This document shows, piece after piece, positions 1 through 11,878 of a stretch of DNA of 64,000 nt (position 1 is the first letter of the stretch; each line of letters starts with the position of its first letter). The notes beneath the pieces are model-generated. The model was not told the origin of the DNA. It saw nothing but the letters and a program-made list of their open reading frames with translations, and did not search any database. Made by a program: the position numbers and the translations under genes. Source of the stretch: an uncultured Methanosarcinaceae archaeon (GTDB lineage Archaea; Halobacteriota; Methanosarcinia; Methanosarcinales; Methanosarcinaceae); assembly GCA_963733675.1 (NCBI GenBank), contig CAVTET010000001.1, positions 992,001-1,056,000 of the forward strand, read 5' to 3'.

Positions 1-343
1 AATTTTGGGGAATGGGAAATGACTGAATTGGATTTTTCTTTGATTTAAATTTTGGGAATCTGGTTTTTTCTCTGAAAAATTTTGTAAATGTAGTTTCTAA
101 ATTTTGAGTCATTTCTTGGAGAGATTGAGCATTTACTTCATCTAACCAGGGATATTTTTGTTTAAGAGTTGTTAGCTTTTCACAAAGATCAAATTGAGAT
201 ATTGATTTTCCAATTTGTTGATATGTATTTATCTTTTGTTCCAAAGCCCAATTATAAACGAACCTACATGCACCAAAATGATCTTGAATTAATTTTGCTT
301 GATCTATTGTGGGGTAGATTCGATATTTATAGGCTATGAACAT
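1..343 (-). CDS. tnpB: IS200/IS605-family TnpB (RNA-guided endonuclease), 5' part, runs off the window start
   Basis: Not in the ORF track. Manual translation from ATG 343: MFIAYKYRIYPTIDQAKLIQDHFGACRFVYNWALEQK...YPWLDEVNAQSLQ...FFREKTRFPKFKSKK, the typical TnpB N-terminus. Confidence 0.92.
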   Translation of the reverse strand, partial: MFIAYKYRIYPTIDQAKLIQDHFGACRFVYNWALEQKINTYQQIGKSISQFDLCEKLTTLKQKYPWLDEVNAQSLQEMTQNLETTFTKFFREKTRFPKFKSKKNPIQSFPIPQN

Positions 344-420
344 AGGTATAAAATAAGAATTAAATAAATAAATATTTATTGTAAGTGCGAAATGAAAGTA
401 TTAAAATATTGCCAAGTAAG

Positions 421-717
421 GTAAACTGGCCTTCTTGAGAAATAGGAATTTGCTGCCATGTGTAGTAAAGTTCAACCCCCAATCGCAGCGCCACCAAATA
501 TTTGAGCTAAAGTAGTTCGGTCTTGATTTTCTTTTTTGACTTTTTCTGTAGTGTTATTTAGTCTAGATACTTGATAATGTGGAATTGTTACTAATGATAC
601 TACTGCAAATATGAAAATCAGGCTAATTAATGAGTGTAGTTTTGCTTTTTTATAAAGTTCTTTTGAATCTTTATTCAGATTATAATAAAGTAGACTCAGC
701 TCTTCTCCCAAATACAT
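421..717 (-). pseudogene. N-terminal membrane fragment of a Methanosarcina pentapeptide-repeat protein, frameshifted and truncated by the tnpB element
   Basis: ENQDRTTLAQIFGGAAIG, then in a shifted frame GVELYYTWQQIPISQEGQFT. This matches the family motif as I recall it; similarity stops at ~421. Confidence 0.65.
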
Positions 718-745
718 AATTGTTTTCCTTCATAACAAAAAATAG

Positions 746-812
746 AATTTATCGTTTTTACTGATGCAGAAGTTTTCATACAAAAACTGTGCATCAGGGA
801 AAAACGAAAAAA
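746..812. repeat. Palindromic dispersed repeat (second copy ~8718-8770)
   Basis: TCGTTTTTACTGATGCA...TGCATCAGGGAAAAACGA imperfect inverted repeat; near-identical AATTTATCGTTTTTACTGATG...TACAAAAAC.GTGCAT at 8718. Confidence 0.6.
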
Positions 813-922
813 CAGAAGATTTGCCAATAAAAATATTAGCTCTGGAATCTATTTTTGTGATGAAGTAAAATGATACAGAGCTGATATAACATTTCCCATT
901 TCAATTGGTTGGGGAAAAATCA

Positions 923-1347
923 TTATTTATGGGGATATTTGATAGCTAGAGCCTTCACTATACCCAATATCAACAGCAATGTTGATAGGCCTAAAATAAA
1001 TTGAGAATCATATCTTTGAGCATATAATCCGGCCGCAATTTCACGCATGACTATCAAAATTGTCGCATCTGTTACATATGTAATTCTTATCTCTTCATGT
1101 TCACGAAAATCAAGAAAAGTCTTGAAAAGGTCAATAAGAACAAAAACTGTGAGGACACCGGATACTATTTGACCAAAACCACCCCCAAGAGTCCCAAATA
1201 GAATTGATTTGATATTAAGGAGAATATCTAGCACTCCCACAAGTAGCGCTAATAGTAATATATAAAGAATGATAAGAGTAACATATAAAGAATGATAAGA
1301 GTAACTAAATCAATCACTGTTTTGAATATTTTATTCTGATTTAACAT
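923..1347 (-). pseudogene. PsiE-family (phosphate-starvation-inducible E) membrane protein disrupted by a 23-bp tandem duplication
   Basis: ITYVTDATILIVMREI motif. ATG at 1347; ATATAAAGAATGATAAGAGTAAC occurs at 1260-1282 and 1283-1305, and removing one copy restores the frame. Confidence 0.8.
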
Positions 1348-2148
1348 AAATATATTATACTAAGCTATCATTTGAACCCCCCTTCTATAAAAAAAGATGT
1401 TAATTTCTTTAATTCCAAATATGTAGGAATTTCATCAAACTACGTAGAAATTGAGTATACTACTGTTATATATAGTCCTGATTGGTTATAAGCTTATTAT
1501 AAAATCTATTTTGTTCTTGATCATTAAAAGTTTTCAGATAAGTAAAAGACTGCAAAACTTATCTGTCCAGCATAAAAGCTCAGAAACGGAATCATAGTGC
1601 GCTGATTTTTCTATAAAATCAAAATCTCTGAAATTCATTGGGGAGAAAAGTTCACACCGGAAGAACAAAATTTAAACCTTAAACAGAAATCTAACCTTGA
1701 ATTGATAGCAAATTTGCGACAATACCAAAAATTGCAGTGTACTGAAAGTTCTATAAAATTGATATTACTTAATAATCCCTACAGTAATATAATGCCATAG
1801 ATATCTGCATAGCCAGGTTATTCGATAAGTTTCTCGTCGAATTCCTTTTTACAAAAAGGAGAGCAGAAATAGTACGTCTTTCTCTTATATTCACTCTTGA
1901 ATTTTGCTTTCCTTTTATCGACCTGCATTTTGCAAACTGGATCTGTTTCCGTAGATAAAATCGAATTCTTACAATCCATGAAAACTCCCTATTTCACTCT
2001 AATTTTTATAATGAGAGAAAGAATTACACCAGTAAATCCAGTCATTCAGGCACTTTCACGGCTTAAAGACTATAGATGATACATGAGAATCACGCTAGAA
2101 TAGGAAAAATGAGTGGTACCAAAAGAAAAAAAGTAATTAATCTTGTAT

Positions 2149-2268
2149 TTAAACAGCCTTAGTAGAAGAGTCTATTTTTGCAGAGTCTGCTTTTAAGATC
2201 GGTTCAGCTGGCTTTGCTACATTAACTTTATCATCTTTAGGTAATACTTTAGAATCTGACTTAATCAT
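2149..2268 (-). CDS. Possible small Lys/Asp/Ser/Ala-rich hypothetical protein (39 aa)
   Basis: ATG 2268 preceded by GGAGA; MIKSDSKVLPKDDKVNVAKPAEPILKADSAKIDSSTKAV. Confidence 0.3.
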   Translation of the reverse strand: MIKSDSKVLPKDDKVNVAKPAEPILKADSAKIDSSTKAV

Positions 2269-2814
2269 ACTATATATCTCCATGTTCTTCATTATATTTA
2301 ATGTAGACTTATATGTAGTAATTGCCTGTACAATGTAGATTGATTGCAACCTATAAGTATTAATGTATTTTTTAATTTTTTTCTAGAGTTAAGTTACTAA
2401 ATTTAAAAATAGGGTCACAAATATCTGGAAGTTTTAATTGTACCTATGAACTTGTACAACATCTACAGACTGAAGTAAAATCCCGAAATAATTAGGAAAT
2501 AGTTCTGACGTCTAGAAAAATAGTGGTTTCTGCTTAAGTAAGTAAAATATGGAAACTCAAATCGTAAATATACTCCTTTGTTTTAAAATTTTTGGTGAAT
2601 AAACCATTAAACCATATATGTATCATTGATTTTCTTCTAAATATATATAAAGTTGTTCTCAAAGTATTGATGCTTAGCCAACTTATGCTGCGTTTTCGCT
2701 AAATTTTAATATTCTTGATCAAAAATGAATCGATACGATTTTAAAAACTAAATCCTGAAGAGCAGGAGATATCTTACTAGCATAGTAATGTTTATTTTAG
2801 TTTAAAGCCGATAA

Positions 2815-3786
2815 TTGTTCATGGATATTTCAGAGAGAAAAGATCTTCAAGGAGCTAACCTTCAAGGAGCCAACCTTCAAGGAGCTAACCTTCAAAGAGC
2901 TAACCTTCAAGGAGCTAATCTTGAAGAAGCCAACCTTCGAGAAGCTAACCTTGAAGAAGCCAATCTTCGAGGAGCTAATCTTTGTTATGCTAATCTCACA
3001 GATGCTAACCTTCAAGGAGCTAACCTTATAGAAGCCAACATTGAAAAGGCTACACTTCAATTGGCTAAACTTCATTTGGCTAACTTTAAAGATTCTAATC
3101 TTCAAGGAGCTAACCTTCAAGGAGCTGATCTTTATGGAGCTGATCTTCAAGGGGCTAACCTTCAGGGAGCTAATCTTTATGGAGCTGATCTTCAAGAGGC
3201 TAACCTTCAAGGAGCTAACCTTGAAAGGGCTAAACTTGGAGGAGTTAAACTTGAAAGAGCTTACCTTATAGAGGCTAACCTTCAAGGAGCTAACCTTCAA
3301 GGAGCTAAACTTGGTGGAGCTAGGCTTGAAAGGGCTGATCTCCAAGGGGCTAACCTTCAAGGAGCTAATCTTCAAGGATCTGAACTCGGTGGAGCTAAAC
3401 TTGAAAGGGCTTATCTTATAGAGGCTAACCTTCAAGGGACTAACCTTCAAGGAGCTAAACTTGGTGGAGCTAAACTTGAAAGGGCTGATCTTATAGAGGC
3501 CAATCTTGAAGGAGCTTACCTTATAGAGGCCAATTTTCAATGGGCTAATCTTCAAGGGGCTAACCTGAAATGGACTTACCTTATAGGAGCTAACTTTAAA
3601 GAGGCTAACCTTGAAGGAGCTAAATTTGAAGGAGCTAATCTTCAAGGAGCTGACCTTGAAAGAGCTCAGCATCTATCAGTTTACCAGCTTTCAAAAGTGA
3701 AAACACTTTATGCTACAAGATTAGATGAAGAGCTACTCATATCATTAAAAGAAAAGTATCCTGTCCTTTTTGAAAAACCGGAATGA
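2815..3786 (+). CDS. Pentapeptide-repeat protein
   Basis: Long A(N/D/K)LxG 5-residue periodicity; C-terminus QLSKVKTLY...LKEKYPVLFE. Confidence 0.93.
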   Translation: MFMDISERKDLQGANLQGANLQGANLQRANLQGANLEEANLREANLEEANLRGANLCYANLTDANLQGANLIEANIEKATLQLAKLHLANFKDSNLQGANLQGADLYGADLQGANLQGANLYGADLQEANLQGANLERAKLGGVKLERAYLIEANLQGANLQGAKLGGARLERADLQGANLQGANLQGSELGGAKLERAYLIEANLQGTNLQGAKLGGAKLERADLIEANLEGAYLIEANFQWANLQGANLKWTYLIGANFKEANLEGAKFEGANLQGADLERAQHLSVYQLSKVKTLYATRLDEELLISLKEKYPVLFEKPE

Positions 3787-4579
3787 ATTTTTTATGATTA
3801 TATAATTATTAATAAATCCAGCTGTCATGAATGCATAGGTTTTGTTACAAAAATTGTGTATTTTCTCAACATCAACTTTCCCTTAAAACTTTTAGTACTA
3901 TTATCCCTAACTCATAAGCTTAAGAATATAGAGAAACGCATCCATATTTAAATTTAAATAAAATCAGCTATTTTTCGGTCTAATGCACCTTTTGGCTTCA
4001 AAGCTAATACTAAATGTTGTCTCATTTGCACGGTTGTAATATAGATTGCCCACTGCTTCAGATGTGGGTGTGCTACCTTATAATCGCAATAAATTGTTTA
4101 TCAAGTGGATTTATTGATTTCACTTATGTCTTTCTAATACTTTTTTTGCATTTACTGGGAGATTGGCCATATGCCTTAGATTCATACTGATGTAGAATCC
4201 CACAGAAAACAAAATATACTATCAAAAAAATGGAGAAAAAAATAGACGCTTTTTATTTAGGTAAACATGTAATTCATAAAAAGCTATTAATATAAACTAA
4301 ATGTTTATTCTCTTAAATTTTCCAATTGTGATAGTTTTAGGACTTGCACAGTTGAATGGAAAGATCGATAGCATTAAACTTTCAACTGTCTTAGTATAAA
4401 TTCAATCAATTTAACAACAATTCATATTAAATATAATATGTATAAAGTCAGTATAATGATTGTAATATATTAATATAATGATTAATCTGAAATATTATGA
4501 AAATTTACTGTGTTGATATTCACATTTTCATTAAAGATTGGCACATTATTATCAAAGAAAAAGAGCCTAGTGAGACAGA

Positions 4580-6526
4580 ATGAAAATAAATATGGGACGA
4601 TTTACGGCAAACAGTTTAAATCCTGTGATCGGTCTGGCAAATGATGGGACTATTCTTTATTCAAATGGCGCAGGTGATCCCTTATTATATGAGTGGAACG
4701 TGAGAGTCGGGGAAAAATTGCCTTCTTATATCGAAGATTTCAAGCAAAAGATAATTTTCCAGAAGAGCCCAAAAAAAATGGAAGTCAAAGTGGGAAATGA
4801 AGTATACCTGGTCACATTTCATCCCACACCTGATGAAAGAGAAATAACCCTTTATGGATTTGATATAACTGATCAGAAAGAACTTGAAAAAAAACTTCAG
4901 GAAAGCGAAAAAAAATATCGTGATATAGTAGAGACGGCTAAAGAAGTAGACGCTAAATTGGGAGATACATTTGACTACATAGTAGAGACAGCTAATGAAG
5001 TAAACGCTAAGTTGAAAGAAACACTTAATCATTTAGAAGAATTAGTTAGAAAACGTACATTGGAACTTGAGAGTGCTTATATATCTTTAAAGGAAAACGA
5101 ACTAAGGCTTGCTGAAGCTCAACTGATAGCTCATGTCGGAAATTGGGACTGGAATCTTGTAACTAATGACATGTATTGGTCTGATGAAATGCATCGCATT
5201 TTTGGGCTTGATTCTCAAAAATTTAGTGCTACTTATGATAACTTTTTAAGTTGTATCCATCCCGACGATAGAGATTATGTGGATAATGCCACTAAGGAAG
5301 CTTTACAAGGAAAAACTTATGCACTTGATTATAAAATCGTTTTAGCTAGTAGAGAAGAACGCATAATTCATTCAGAAAGAGAAGTTACTTTTGAGAAAGA
5401 AGATACCCCTATTCGAATTAGAGCGACAGTTCAGGATATTACTGAGCGTAAAGAAGCTGAAGAGAAAATTCGAACCTTGGCGAATATTGTGGAATCAACA
5501 AGTGATGCTATACTTATTTTATCCCTTGATGGTATTATTACTATATGGAATGAGGGTGCAGAGCAGCTTTATGGTTATTCATCAGAAGAAATTATAGGGG
5601 AAAGCATATCAATACTCACACCAGATGATCTCAAAAGTGAAACAAAAAAGCTAATTGAAATGGTTAAGCTGGGAGAAAAGATCCAGCACTATGTAACTTC
5701 AATGTTAAGAAAAGATGACAAGTTAATACATATTTCAATGGCTCTTTCTCCGGTTTTTAATACATCTAGAAAACTTGTGGCTATCTCAGCTATTACTAGA
5801 GATATTACTCAGAAAATTGATGCCGAAAAATCTTTATTAAAAGCTCAAAAAACCAGAAAGAAAGAACTCCATCATAGAATCAAAAACAATTTGCAAGTGA
5901 TCTCTTCCCTACTGAATCTGCAAGCTGATAAATTTGAAAATAGAGCGTTTATTAAAAATTCGGAAGTTTTGGAAGCTTTCAGAGAAAGCCAAGATAGAGT
6001 GATATCTATGGCTCTTATTCACGAGGAACTATATAATGGTAACAAATTCGAAACTCTGAATTTATCGGCATATATTCGAAAACTGGTTGAAAAACTTTTC
6101 CAGACTTACAGATTAGATGACAAAAATATTCATTTGCATATGGACCTGGAAGAAAATATGTCCTTAAATATGGATGATGCAGTTCCTTTTGGAATAATTG
6201 TCACTGAACTAGTTTCAAACTCTCTTAAACATGCATTTTCAGGGAGAGATGAAGGAAAAATATATGTCAAACTGCATAAAAACGAAGCTGGAGAACTCAT
6301 AAGTAACAGAGAAGAAGGTAAATGTAAAAGCTTTAAGAGTACCAGTTTCATTTTGAAAGTTTCTGATGATGGGGTAGGCATACCGAAAAGTATCGATTTA
6401 GGAAATCCCAACAGTCTTGGTATGCAGTTGATAACCACTCTAGTAGATCAATTAGATGGAGAACTTAAACTGGAACAGAATAATAAAACGGAATTTACGA
6501 TTAGATTCATAGTAACAGAGAAATAA
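4580..6526 (+). CDS. PAS-domain sensor histidine kinase (HisKA_2/HWE type)
   Basis: PAS domains (GNWDWN...IHPDD), H-box ELHHRIKNNLQVISSLL, ELVSNSLKHAF, DDGVG, SLGMQL. Confidence 0.95.
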   Translation: MKINMGRFTANSLNPVIGLANDGTILYSNGAGDPLLYEWNVRVGEKLPSYIEDFKQKIIFQKSPKKMEVKVGNEVYLVTFHPTPDEREITLYGFDITDQKELEKKLQESEKKYRDIVETAKEVDAKLGDTFDYIVETANEVNAKLKETLNHLEELVRKRTLELESAYISLKENELRLAEAQLIAHVGNWDWNLVTNDMYWSDEMHRIFGLDSQKFSATYDNFLSCIHPDDRDYVDNATKEALQGKTYALDYKIVLASREERIIHSEREVTFEKEDTPIRIRATVQDITERKEAEEKIRTLANIVESTSDAILILSLDGIITIWNEGAEQLYGYSSEEIIGESISILTPDDLKSETKKLIEMVKLGEKIQHYVTSMLRKDDKLIHISMALSPVFNTSRKLVAISAITRDITQKIDAEKSLLKAQKTRKKELHHRIKNNLQVISSLLNLQADKFENRAFIKNSEVLEAFRESQDRVISMALIHEELYNGNKFETLNLSAYIRKLVEKLFQTYRLDDKNIHLHMDLEENMSLNMDDAVPFGIIVTELVSNSLKHAFSGRDEGKIYVKLHKNEAGELISNREEGKCKSFKSTSFILKVSDDGVGIPKSIDLGNPNSLGMQLITTLVDQLDGELKLEQNNKTEFTIRFIVTEK

Positions 6527-6690
6527 AAAGGCGTTAACTAATATAAGATACACAGTTTTTCTAGCATAAACTATGCATAATCAAGTGATTCATATTTAAT
6601 CATTGATCCAGAAGAACAAAATGATAAGTAATGCTGGAGACTCAAAAAAAAGGACAATCGATTTTTTCTGATGATCTTTTTCCTAGTTCA

Positions 6691-7806
6691 TCAAGAGCTG
6701 GAGTAAGATACATCAAGACGTGAAGTAAGAGACCATAGAGTCTCTAATCTTCGCAGAAGAGCATCTGCTCCCCTGTGAATATACTCGGATTGAACTTCGT
6801 ATTTAAAATAAACTGCTTTCTCACTAATTTTTGCTTGCCTGGATTCATCCAAATATAGGACGAGAGACATTAGAATAGGGGACCAGAGATGAAAGAGTCT
6901 CTGCCCTTCGCAGAAGAGCAGTGGCTCCCCTACGAAGATACTCAGATTGACTCGGGTGTTTTGAATAAATGGTTTTCCTACTAATTTCTTTTTGTTTGGA
7001 TGCATCTAGATATGGAATAATAGCTGAGAGAGCCTGTACCTTCATGCATTTATCTTTAAGATTGAAAGCTGATTCAAGTGCTTGTTCTAGAATTTCTTCT
7101 TTTCTTTGCTTATCCATATGTGGAAGAAGGAGAGAAAAAGACTCTATTCTTTTAGATTCAGATATAATTCCGGATACTAGCTCAAGGGCTTTTTCCATAG
7201 TTGCTTCATTTTTTGATCCTGAAAGATGCGGAACAAGCAAAGAGAGGATCTGGAACTTTGCATCTCCATATTGAATTTTGGAGGAGAAATCTAAAATATG
7301 CTCAATAAGTTCTTCTTTATCATGTCCTTTAAGATGATGGACAAGTGAAGAAAGAACAAGGGCTCTTTCGTTTTCATCTTGAATATTGGAGGAAGAATAA
7401 ATAGCTTTTTCTATAAGTTCAACCCTTTTTTCCCTTCCAGAATCGGAACAAGTAGGGAAAGAGCCTGGGCCCTTAAATCTCCATATTGAATATTACAAGC
7501 AAAATCAAGGGCTTTTTCTATAAATTCTTCTTTTCCTGACCCCTTCAGTTGAGAGATGGTTGTAACTCTCTGATCAAATTGATTATGCATATTCTGTCTC
7601 TGCAGCTTTCCGGTGCAAGTACTACTTTTTGCTATAACTTTGTTGTCTAAGGCAATTTTTTCAGTTCCCAATGTGTCAAAATGCTCTATATCCTGAGCAT
7701 TACTACTTTTTTCTCTGAAATCCGCAAACAACTTATTGAATTCTTCAATCACTTTATCTCTGTCATTTGTATTTTGTTTTATATCAACAGAACGATTTTC
7801 TACCAT
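6691..7806 (-). pseudogene. Alpha-helical (HEAT-like) repeat protein split by frameshifts/stops; paralogue of 44999-45988
   Basis: Shares SQLKG..KEEF.EKA.DFACNI...DLRAQ.LSL.PILEG.K and LVPHL.GSKNE segments with the intact copy. Confidence 0.85.
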
Positions 7807-8439
7807 AAATTTCTCACTCCCATATAAAATTTTAAAATTAATTATCTATTACTTTGTTCATAAATTCGGACCTTTAGACCTATTTTAAAAACTATACATT
7901 TTTGATATAAAACATATATTATTTATTAAGATATATGTAAGTGATAGTAAAACGATATGGTATATTAATATATTCTAACTGAAAATAAATTGTAATTATA
8001 AATAATGATAAATATCAATTCAGTTCCATACAAAAGCTTTAAAGTGTTTACAAGTCCAGTAAATTCAAAGGAAATATTTAAAACACGTAAGTAAATTTCG
8101 ATAAGTTTTCTTGATCTCTATTTTCAATGGCAGTGTATATAAAGTCCTGTAAATTCTGATTGACTCTGCATTTATGATAACTTGATCTTTTCATATTTAT
8201 ATGGTTATAATAAAATTCAATCAAGTTTTCCAAGAAGGGCAGGAGGAAAGATTAACATTTGTTATAAATCATGAGATTAATAAAATTCCTATACCAATTA
8301 GTTAAAGCTGGTACTATATAGTGTATGTTCAAAACTATATAAATGACGCCATATATTTAAAATCGTGTGGATAATGTTTGTGTAATTTTTAGTTACTACA
8401 GGAAAACAAAATTTTGGGGAAAATGAAAGGAGTTATGAT

Positions 8440-8660
8440 ATGCAGAAAATTATGGAAGTTAACATAAATGAGGCTACTTTACAAAAGTTGACCTTAACTT
8501 GAGAAACTTCAAAAGAGTTAATCTTAGAGGAGTTGACTTTATAAAAGCCAACTTAAAAAAATCCTGCTTTCGAGGAGTTAATCTTGAAGGAGCTGAATTT
8601 AGAGAAGCTCACTATTTAACATTTAAACAGGTTTCTAAAGTGAAGACACGACTCATTCCC
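8440..8660 (+). pseudogene. Degraded pentapeptide-repeat gene fragment
   Basis: RVNLRGVDFIKANLKK..GVNLEGAEFREAHYLTFKQVSKVKT resembles the 2815 C-terminus. Confidence 0.6.
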
Positions 8661-9026
8661 TTCATCATGAAAATTTAGTTCTGTATCAACTAATTTTCTG
8701 TCACTACAAAAAAATATAATTTATCGTTTTTACTGATGTAGATATTTTCCTACAAAAACCGTGCATGAAAAAGTTACACTTCTGCATAGCGAGCATTACT
8801 TTTCAAAGCTTTTAGATATTAATTGCATTGGATAGATGACGTTTTTAATTTTACAGAAAAAAATACACGTTATATAATTCTTTAAACATTTTATATTTAA
8901 ACCACACCAAAATAACACAAAAAATACAAAACAAAGATCGTAAATAAAAACAAAAAAGGAAGTATTAATGGAAAAATTTTTTGCAAAAGTGATTAATGAT
9001 TAAAAATTACTTCATCACTATTTTAC

Positions 9027-10880
9027 TCATTGAGTCTTTACTGTCCAAGTAGTCGTGTTTATTGAATTTATTGTTACTTGGTTGAATGAACCTGTTGCAA
9101 ATGCCTGATTAGTCACATAACCAGTTTTAAGATCAGACTGTGCTATTGTGTAGGTAGATGTTCCTGAAATGCAGTTTCCTGGGCTAAGAGTACCATTGCT
9201 TTGTATAGTGATTGGGCTTGTAGCAATTTTGTTGTCTATAACATTGATAGGTGCTGTGATATTCACATTTCCTGAGTTGGTTACAGTGTAGGTGTATGTG
9301 ATAGGCTGTCCGGCAGCATTATAAGTTATTGGAACTGCTGATTTTGTTATTGTCAGAGCTGGACTAATTACATCATTTGCTCTATCAATCAGCATAGTCC
9401 CATTTTTGGGCGAAAGTACCCCGTATATAATGTCAGTTTTTGTCTGGTGAATAAAATTTTTAAGATTAACAATCGCTAAATCTGTATATCCATGACTCAG
9501 ATATTCATTTGTATCTTGTAGTTCAGAGATCAATTTAATCCCAGATTGACTACTTAATTCATATGAAGTGACTAAATCTTGTATAAAAGAAATCATTTGA
9601 TAAATTTTCTGCGCAGGAGTCAGTACTACATTGATTATAACCTTCGCTGATGCAGTTGTATAATTTACAGCATCATTAGGCATGAAATCAACTTGTAACG
9701 TATGCATACCTGCAGTCAGTACAGTTCCTAAGGGTGGAGTATATATAAAGGTTCCATGTAATAAGGCTCCAGATATTGGATCTGAAGCATTTGTACTTAG
9801 CTGAGTGCGGCTCAATGGTGTATTATAGACTATATTAGCTGGGTTATTCCATAAAATTGTAGGAGCGGTTTTTCCTATAAACTGTCTGAAGGCTACGGAA
9901 TTATTTCCAACAGGCACTGTGGTTGCAACAGTATTTGTGGATGGGTTAATTACAGAAGTATTAATACCCCCATAATTTGCTGCATAAACTTGCTTCCCAT
10001 TCGGGGTAACTGCAATTCCAAAAAGCATGCTGTCTACACCAAGCACATTTGTAAGTATATTTGTAACTGCATTATTTGTTGTGTTAATAACAGAAATATT
10101 TCCCATGGAATCGTATTGGTTCGTTACATATACCTTTGTTCCATCCGGCGTGATTGTAACTCCATAAGGCCAATTCCCTACATTAACCGTGGCTGTAACA
10201 TTATTCGTAGTTGTGTTAATTATAGAAATATTATTGCTACCAGAGTTTGCTACGTATACCTTTGTTCCATCCGGTGTGACTGTAACTCCTTCAGGCCACT
10301 TTTCTACAGGCACCTGGGTTATAACAGTATTAGTTTTTGTGTTAATTACAGAGACGGTATCAATCCCAGCGTTCGAAACATATACCTTTGCTCCATCCGG
10401 TGTTACTGCAACTCCATAAGGTAAGTTTCCTACAGGCACACCGGCTGTAACGGTATTAGTTTTAGTATCAATTACCGAAACAGTGCCATCAACATAATTT
10501 GTCACATATACCTTTGTTCCATCCTGTGTTACTGCAACTCCGTAGGGCCAGTTTCCTACAGGCACCTGGTCTGTAACGGTATTAGTTTTAGTATCAATTA
10601 CAGAAACATTGTTGCTTGCTAAGTTTGTTACATAAACATTTTTTCAGTTTGGGGTGACTGCAATTCCCCAAGGACCGTGTAATCCACCAACTGTGGCTGT
10701 AATAAGTTTTGTGGCAGTGTCAATCACAGCTACTTCGTTATCGCCGTACTTGGTAATATATGCATATGGTGCCGCACCTGCTCTACACACCAGCATAAAA
10801 ACCAAAGCTGTTAAAACTAAGGCTATGGAATACAACTTTTTTTTATTTATCATGCATTTTCTCATTTTCCGATGTCTCAT
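9027..10880 (-). pseudogene. YVTN beta-propeller cell-surface protein with C-terminal Ig-like (DUF11/DUF7507-like) domain; in-frame TGA at 10644-10646
   Basis: Signal peptide; repeats PYGVAVTPDGTKVYVTN; AVTPN*KNVYVTN continues in the same frame; ITYTYTVTNSGNV motif. Confidence 0.88.
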
Positions 10881-11340
10881 GTATTATAAAGTTTGAATAT
10901 GTTATATTCGGTATAGATATTCATTGATCTGCTTCTTAGTATTGTAGAATCACCAACTTTTGATATCAAATAAAATCGTATTGGTTATAACCACTAAATT
11001 TGTTATCTTCCCACTAATCCAACCATTTTGATTCAAAATAAAAGTATATTAACGAGAATGTAGAATAAGTTGTATAAACCCCAGTAATTTAAAAAATAAT
11101 CAACTTTTTGTGTATTTGTAATCAGAAACAGTATGTATTTTTCCTGCGTAAAGAATTTTGAAAAACAGTTTTTTCGATTCTATCATCCTTATTCTATATT
11201 TCCAGATAGTTTACTCTAGCATAGAGAGAACTGACAAGTTCAGCTCAAGTAATTTTCCTTATGATGCATGGACAGGTTCGAGTAAAATTAAAGAATCCAG
11301 GGCTTCGATTGTATTCGCTAATATCATCATGCACGAATAA

Positions 11341-11615
11341 TGTTTGTGTAGTTAGTGAGATAACCAACTTGATGCTTTTAAGCTTATTTTTCTCTAACTG
11401 TTTAACTCGTTCTACTAACAGACTGAGTAATTTCTGTTTTTCATTGGGAAGAAAAAGGATACAGAGTCAACTACACTTTACAGAACTTTCGGTACACTGC
11501 CAAATCTATATAATTCTTATTTCCTTATTTTTCTATTTACAATGGTTGTTTGGGTTAATTAATTCCAAGTGTTTCACTAGCTCTATATGTTCTAGAAGGT
11601 CCATAAGCTCCATGA
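11341..11615. repeat. ~280-bp dispersed repeat (other copy ~19489-19780; partial inverted copy ~32940-33085)
   Basis: Shared blocks such as CTTTTAAGCTTATTTTT, AATTTCTGTTTTTCATTGGGAAGAAAAA and TTTCCTTATTTTTCTATTTACAATGGTTGTTTG. Confidence 0.85.
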
Positions 11616-11878
11616 GTAACAGATCTTTATATGGAGTGTATCCTTTCAGTGAATCTTTATACCAAGGATTGAAATAACTGTATACTCTAAATTGTTTTAA
11701 ACTTTCACTTTTTTCTTTCCAACTGTGCAAGTCCTACCACACTTTTTATTAAGATACATATGTTTTTTAACACACACGACTGTTTTTAAATACACTTATC
11801 TATATATACACAAATGCTCATATTATTAACACAATTTCTAATTATACTGATATATAGGACATTAAAAAGACGTTTATT

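Noticed and set aside
2840-3660. 15-bp periodic repeats as a possible CRISPR array
   Set aside because: They are coding repeats without unique spacers; no CRISPR array or cas gene was seen in the window
2830-3672. 280-aa minus-strand KVSSL-repeat ORF
   Set aside because: Antisense shadow of the pentapeptide-repeat gene
11261-11730. 138-aa and 65-aa ORFs
   Set aside because: They overlap the dispersed repeat and are not preserved as ORFs in the 19489 copy
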